DNA of 64,000 bases from the human T2T-CHM13v2.0 reference genome, Homo sapiens: the NCBI RefSeq assembly GCF_009914755.1, contig NC_060926.1; one strand, given 5' to 3'. Shown piece by piece: positions 60,574-64,000 of the stretch (position 1 is the first letter of the stretch; every line of letters starts with the position of its first letter). Both the position numbers and the translations under genes were made by a program. The notes below the pieces were generated by a model. The model saw only the letters and a program-made list of their open reading frames with translations. It had not been told where the DNA came from and ran no database searches.

Positions 60574-61342
60574 GGGATCTTTACACCATTCATAAGGTCT
60601 CTCATGATGCGACTGCCAGACCCCTTTCAGCCTCATCTCCTCATATTTCTTATCTTTTGATACCTCTGACTGATAGAAGCAATGATTTCTGGAGCCCTAC
60701 ATATGCTATGAGTTTTTCCACCTTCCCTTCTTTATACACACCAGTCCTTCTGCCTTCAATGCCCTTTCCTGTTTTCTTTGTTCACTAAACTCCCATTCAC
60801 ACTTCAGGAACCCCTCCGAGGATCTCCTTCCCTCAACACCTCCCTCGTTTTTTCAGTCGTGCCTTCTTCTGGGGCTCCATAGCACCTTTGTGACTCTATC
60901 AAGCACTCATCACAATGTTTGGCAATTATTTATCAACATATCAACTTACTATTAGACCATCAGTTTTTCAAAGGCAGGGTGTGCCATTTTTCTTTATAGC
61001 CCTAACACCATCCATGGTACCTGGCACATAGACAATCTCAGTAGGGACCTCCATGTGAGGCCGCTGTAACAAACATAACTGTGAAATGTAAGAGCAATTA
61101 ATACATGTTATGGTGCACAGTGAAAATTGACGAGTGTATATGTGTGTGTGTGTGTGCTCAGGGTTGAGGAGAGAGAGAGAGAGAATGAGATTTTAGAAAT
61201 CACAGTTAAATCAATCAATGACCTAAGAACTAGGAGAAACCTTAAAACACTTAACAGGAACAGGTAAATGTGGGAGCATGGAATACTTAAGGCCTCTTAA
61301 GTTTCATCTAAATAAGGATAATAATAATAATAGCAAACATAA

Positions 61343-61651
61343 CTGGACACAGTGGCTCATGCCTATAATCCGGCACTTTGGGAGGCTGAGACAGGAGAAT
61401 CCATTGAGGCCAGGAGTTTGAGACCAGCCTGTGCAACACAGTGAGACCCTTGTCTCTCTCTACATATATATATTTTTTAATTAGCCAGGCATGGTGACAC
61501 ACACCTGTGATCTCAGTTACTCAGGAAGCTGAAGAGGGAGAATTGCTTGAGCCCAGGATTTCGAGGCTGCAGTGAGCTATGATCACACCACTGCACTCCA
61601 GCCTGGGCAACAGAGCAAGACTCTGTCTCTAAAAAAAAAAAAAAAAAAAAA
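61343..61651 (+). mobile_element. AluJ inserted in an antisense MIR
   Basis: ttcgaggctgcagtgagctatgatc; TSD core agcaaaca. Confidence 0.93.
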
Positions 61652-61793
61652 AGCAAACACTTAAATAATGCTTTCCATGTTCCAGTGCCAGAGATTATTC
61701 AATATCTGTTAGTTACCTTAGTAACTTAGTTTCTTACAAAAATCCCATTATCTAGGTTCTACTGTTGTTCTCCTTTCAAAGAGGAGGAATCCA

Positions 61794-62422
<629 letters not shown>

Positions 62423-62712
62423 AAGAAGAGAAATCCAAAGTACACAAAGATTATGTAACTTACCCATGCCTGTAAATATATGCAGCTTACCTTCTAGAGA
62501 CAGTGCAGTATTGTTTGAAGGGCCCAAGTAGCAACAAAGAAACAGAGAAAATGATAGAGCAGAGAGAAAGACTGGCTGGGGAATCCAGGAAGAAAAGAAG
62601 CTTCCAAGGGCTGAGACTCTAGGGTTCTTTATCCATGAGGTGATTGTCACCTTTGTAGGAGGATATTTATTCATATTATTTGCTCTCTGTGATCTTATTT
62701 GAATTAACATAT

Positions 62713-63052
62713 AATTACCCCTCAGTGTCAGTGGAGAATTTGTTTCAGGAGCCCCGCAGATACCAAAATCCATGATGCTCACGTCCTTTATATAAAATGG
62801 GGTAGTATTTGCATATAAGCTATGCACATCTACCTATATATTTAAATAATCTCTAGATTATCTATAATACCTAGTTTAATGTAAACACTATGAAAGTAGT
62901 TGCTATACTGTACTGTTAAGGAAATAATCAAAGAATAAAAGGCTATCCATGTTCACTACAAATGCAACCATGCATTTGCTTTTTCAACTACTTTTGATCT
63001 GAAATTTGTTGAACCCATGTATGAGGACCCCATGGATACAGAGAGACAACTA
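62713..63052. mobile_element. MER2-like Tigger fossil
   Basis: gataccaaaatccatgatgctca, gtagtatttgcatata, ccatggatacagag. Confidence 0.85.
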
Positions 63053-63709
63053 TATTCAATCTAGTTAAAGTATTCACCCAAGTACTAATGGATGAGGTCT
63101 GGATCTTTGATCAGATCCATCTACAGTAGCCCATGGAAGGATAACTGCCCTCCAATGAGTTTGCCAAAAGTATAATTAGCAATTCCAACTACTCTCACTT
63201 AAACAAGAAGATTTATATTATTTTTAACTTAATTAACTAGTTTAAAGTGGAATACTATTACATCAGGAAAGATCAGCTTCCACCCTATGGTGTCCCTGGT
63301 TAAGCATCAGGGTCCCCAAACACTCATCTTGTTGTGGCATTTCTGCATTATCAATAATGATTTTGCATCTCTCTCTACCAGGATCAGGCTAAGATGGGAT
63401 GTCAGAGAGTGAGTGGATCCATGTATCCTGACTCTAGGAACTCCTGCCCATTTCTTTGTCTGCATGACTTTTGTAGTTTCTGCAGAGCTGAAAGGCTGTC
63501 ACTCCAACCGATCACTCTTTCAGTGGTCAGTCCAAGCTTGTGACACAATTGTTAGCATGTAAGAAGGGAGCAGTAACATTGCATTGGCTGGACTTCTGGC
63601 AGCAGGGACGGACTCTGGGTTTCTGCACTTGTGACATCAGTCAGCACCAGGAGCAGATATGTGAAGCAGGAATTAAGATCATAGAAAATAGAGAGCTTGG
63701 AGAACAATG

Positions 63710-63850
63710 CCTTCCTGTTTTAATCATGTGCTGCCACATGCCCCCATGGTCTCTTTAGTTTGAGAAACAAGGCCATTTCCCCATTTACAAATGCAGGGTG
63801 GATATGCCTCCATGGGTTGTTAGGGTGATGAATGCCATGTGGTGTGTGCG
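63710..63850 (+). mobile_element. MIR
   Basis: tttccccatttacaaatg...ctccatgggttgttagggtga. Confidence 0.6.
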
Positions 63851-64000
63851 TGTGGATGCATTGGTGTTGTGTTTGAAGGAGACTGTGCAGATTTCTGTAA
63901 TTAAGAGATTCTTTAACTTGGTAACTGGGCTATTGTATTTATACGGACTCTCCCTTTTTAATATTAGAAATACTCCATCAAGCTTATTAGTTGTGAGTCT

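Larger units (their letters stand above)
59650..61045 (+). mobile_element. L2 fragment hosting THE1 and MST LTRs
   Basis: Pyrimidine-rich L2 3' pattern; ends ggtacctggcacatagacaatctcagta. Confidence 0.65.

Overview
This window is primate-type (human-like) non-coding genomic DNA, either intronic or intergenic. It is dominated by interspersed repeats: about 15 Alu/FLAM elements, L1 fragments of many ages, L2, MIR, MaLR LTRs (THE1, MST, MLT1), an ERVL pol fragment with LTR33, and DNA-transposon fossils (MER63, MER81, MER103, MER106, MER119, MER2, MamRep434). No intact protein-coding gene, RNA gene or CRISPR array can be supported, and the listed ORFs are repeat-derived or chance ORFs. Repeat family names come from recalled consensus motifs, not from a database search. 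The most striking unexplained structure is a ~230-bp inverted repeat (53230-53466 / 55039-55255) that does not look like Alu, L1, MIR or LTR sequence and whose ~1.6-kb spacer is mostly transposon-derived. Other points of interest are an 800-bp pure-AT tract with inverted termini, a 190-bp segment between 17-bp direct repeats, twin perfect hairpins in a MIR, closely spaced inverted Alus, a twin-primed L1, a triplicated Alu target site and several repeat-poor enhancer-like islands. I cannot claim a new biological system with confidence.
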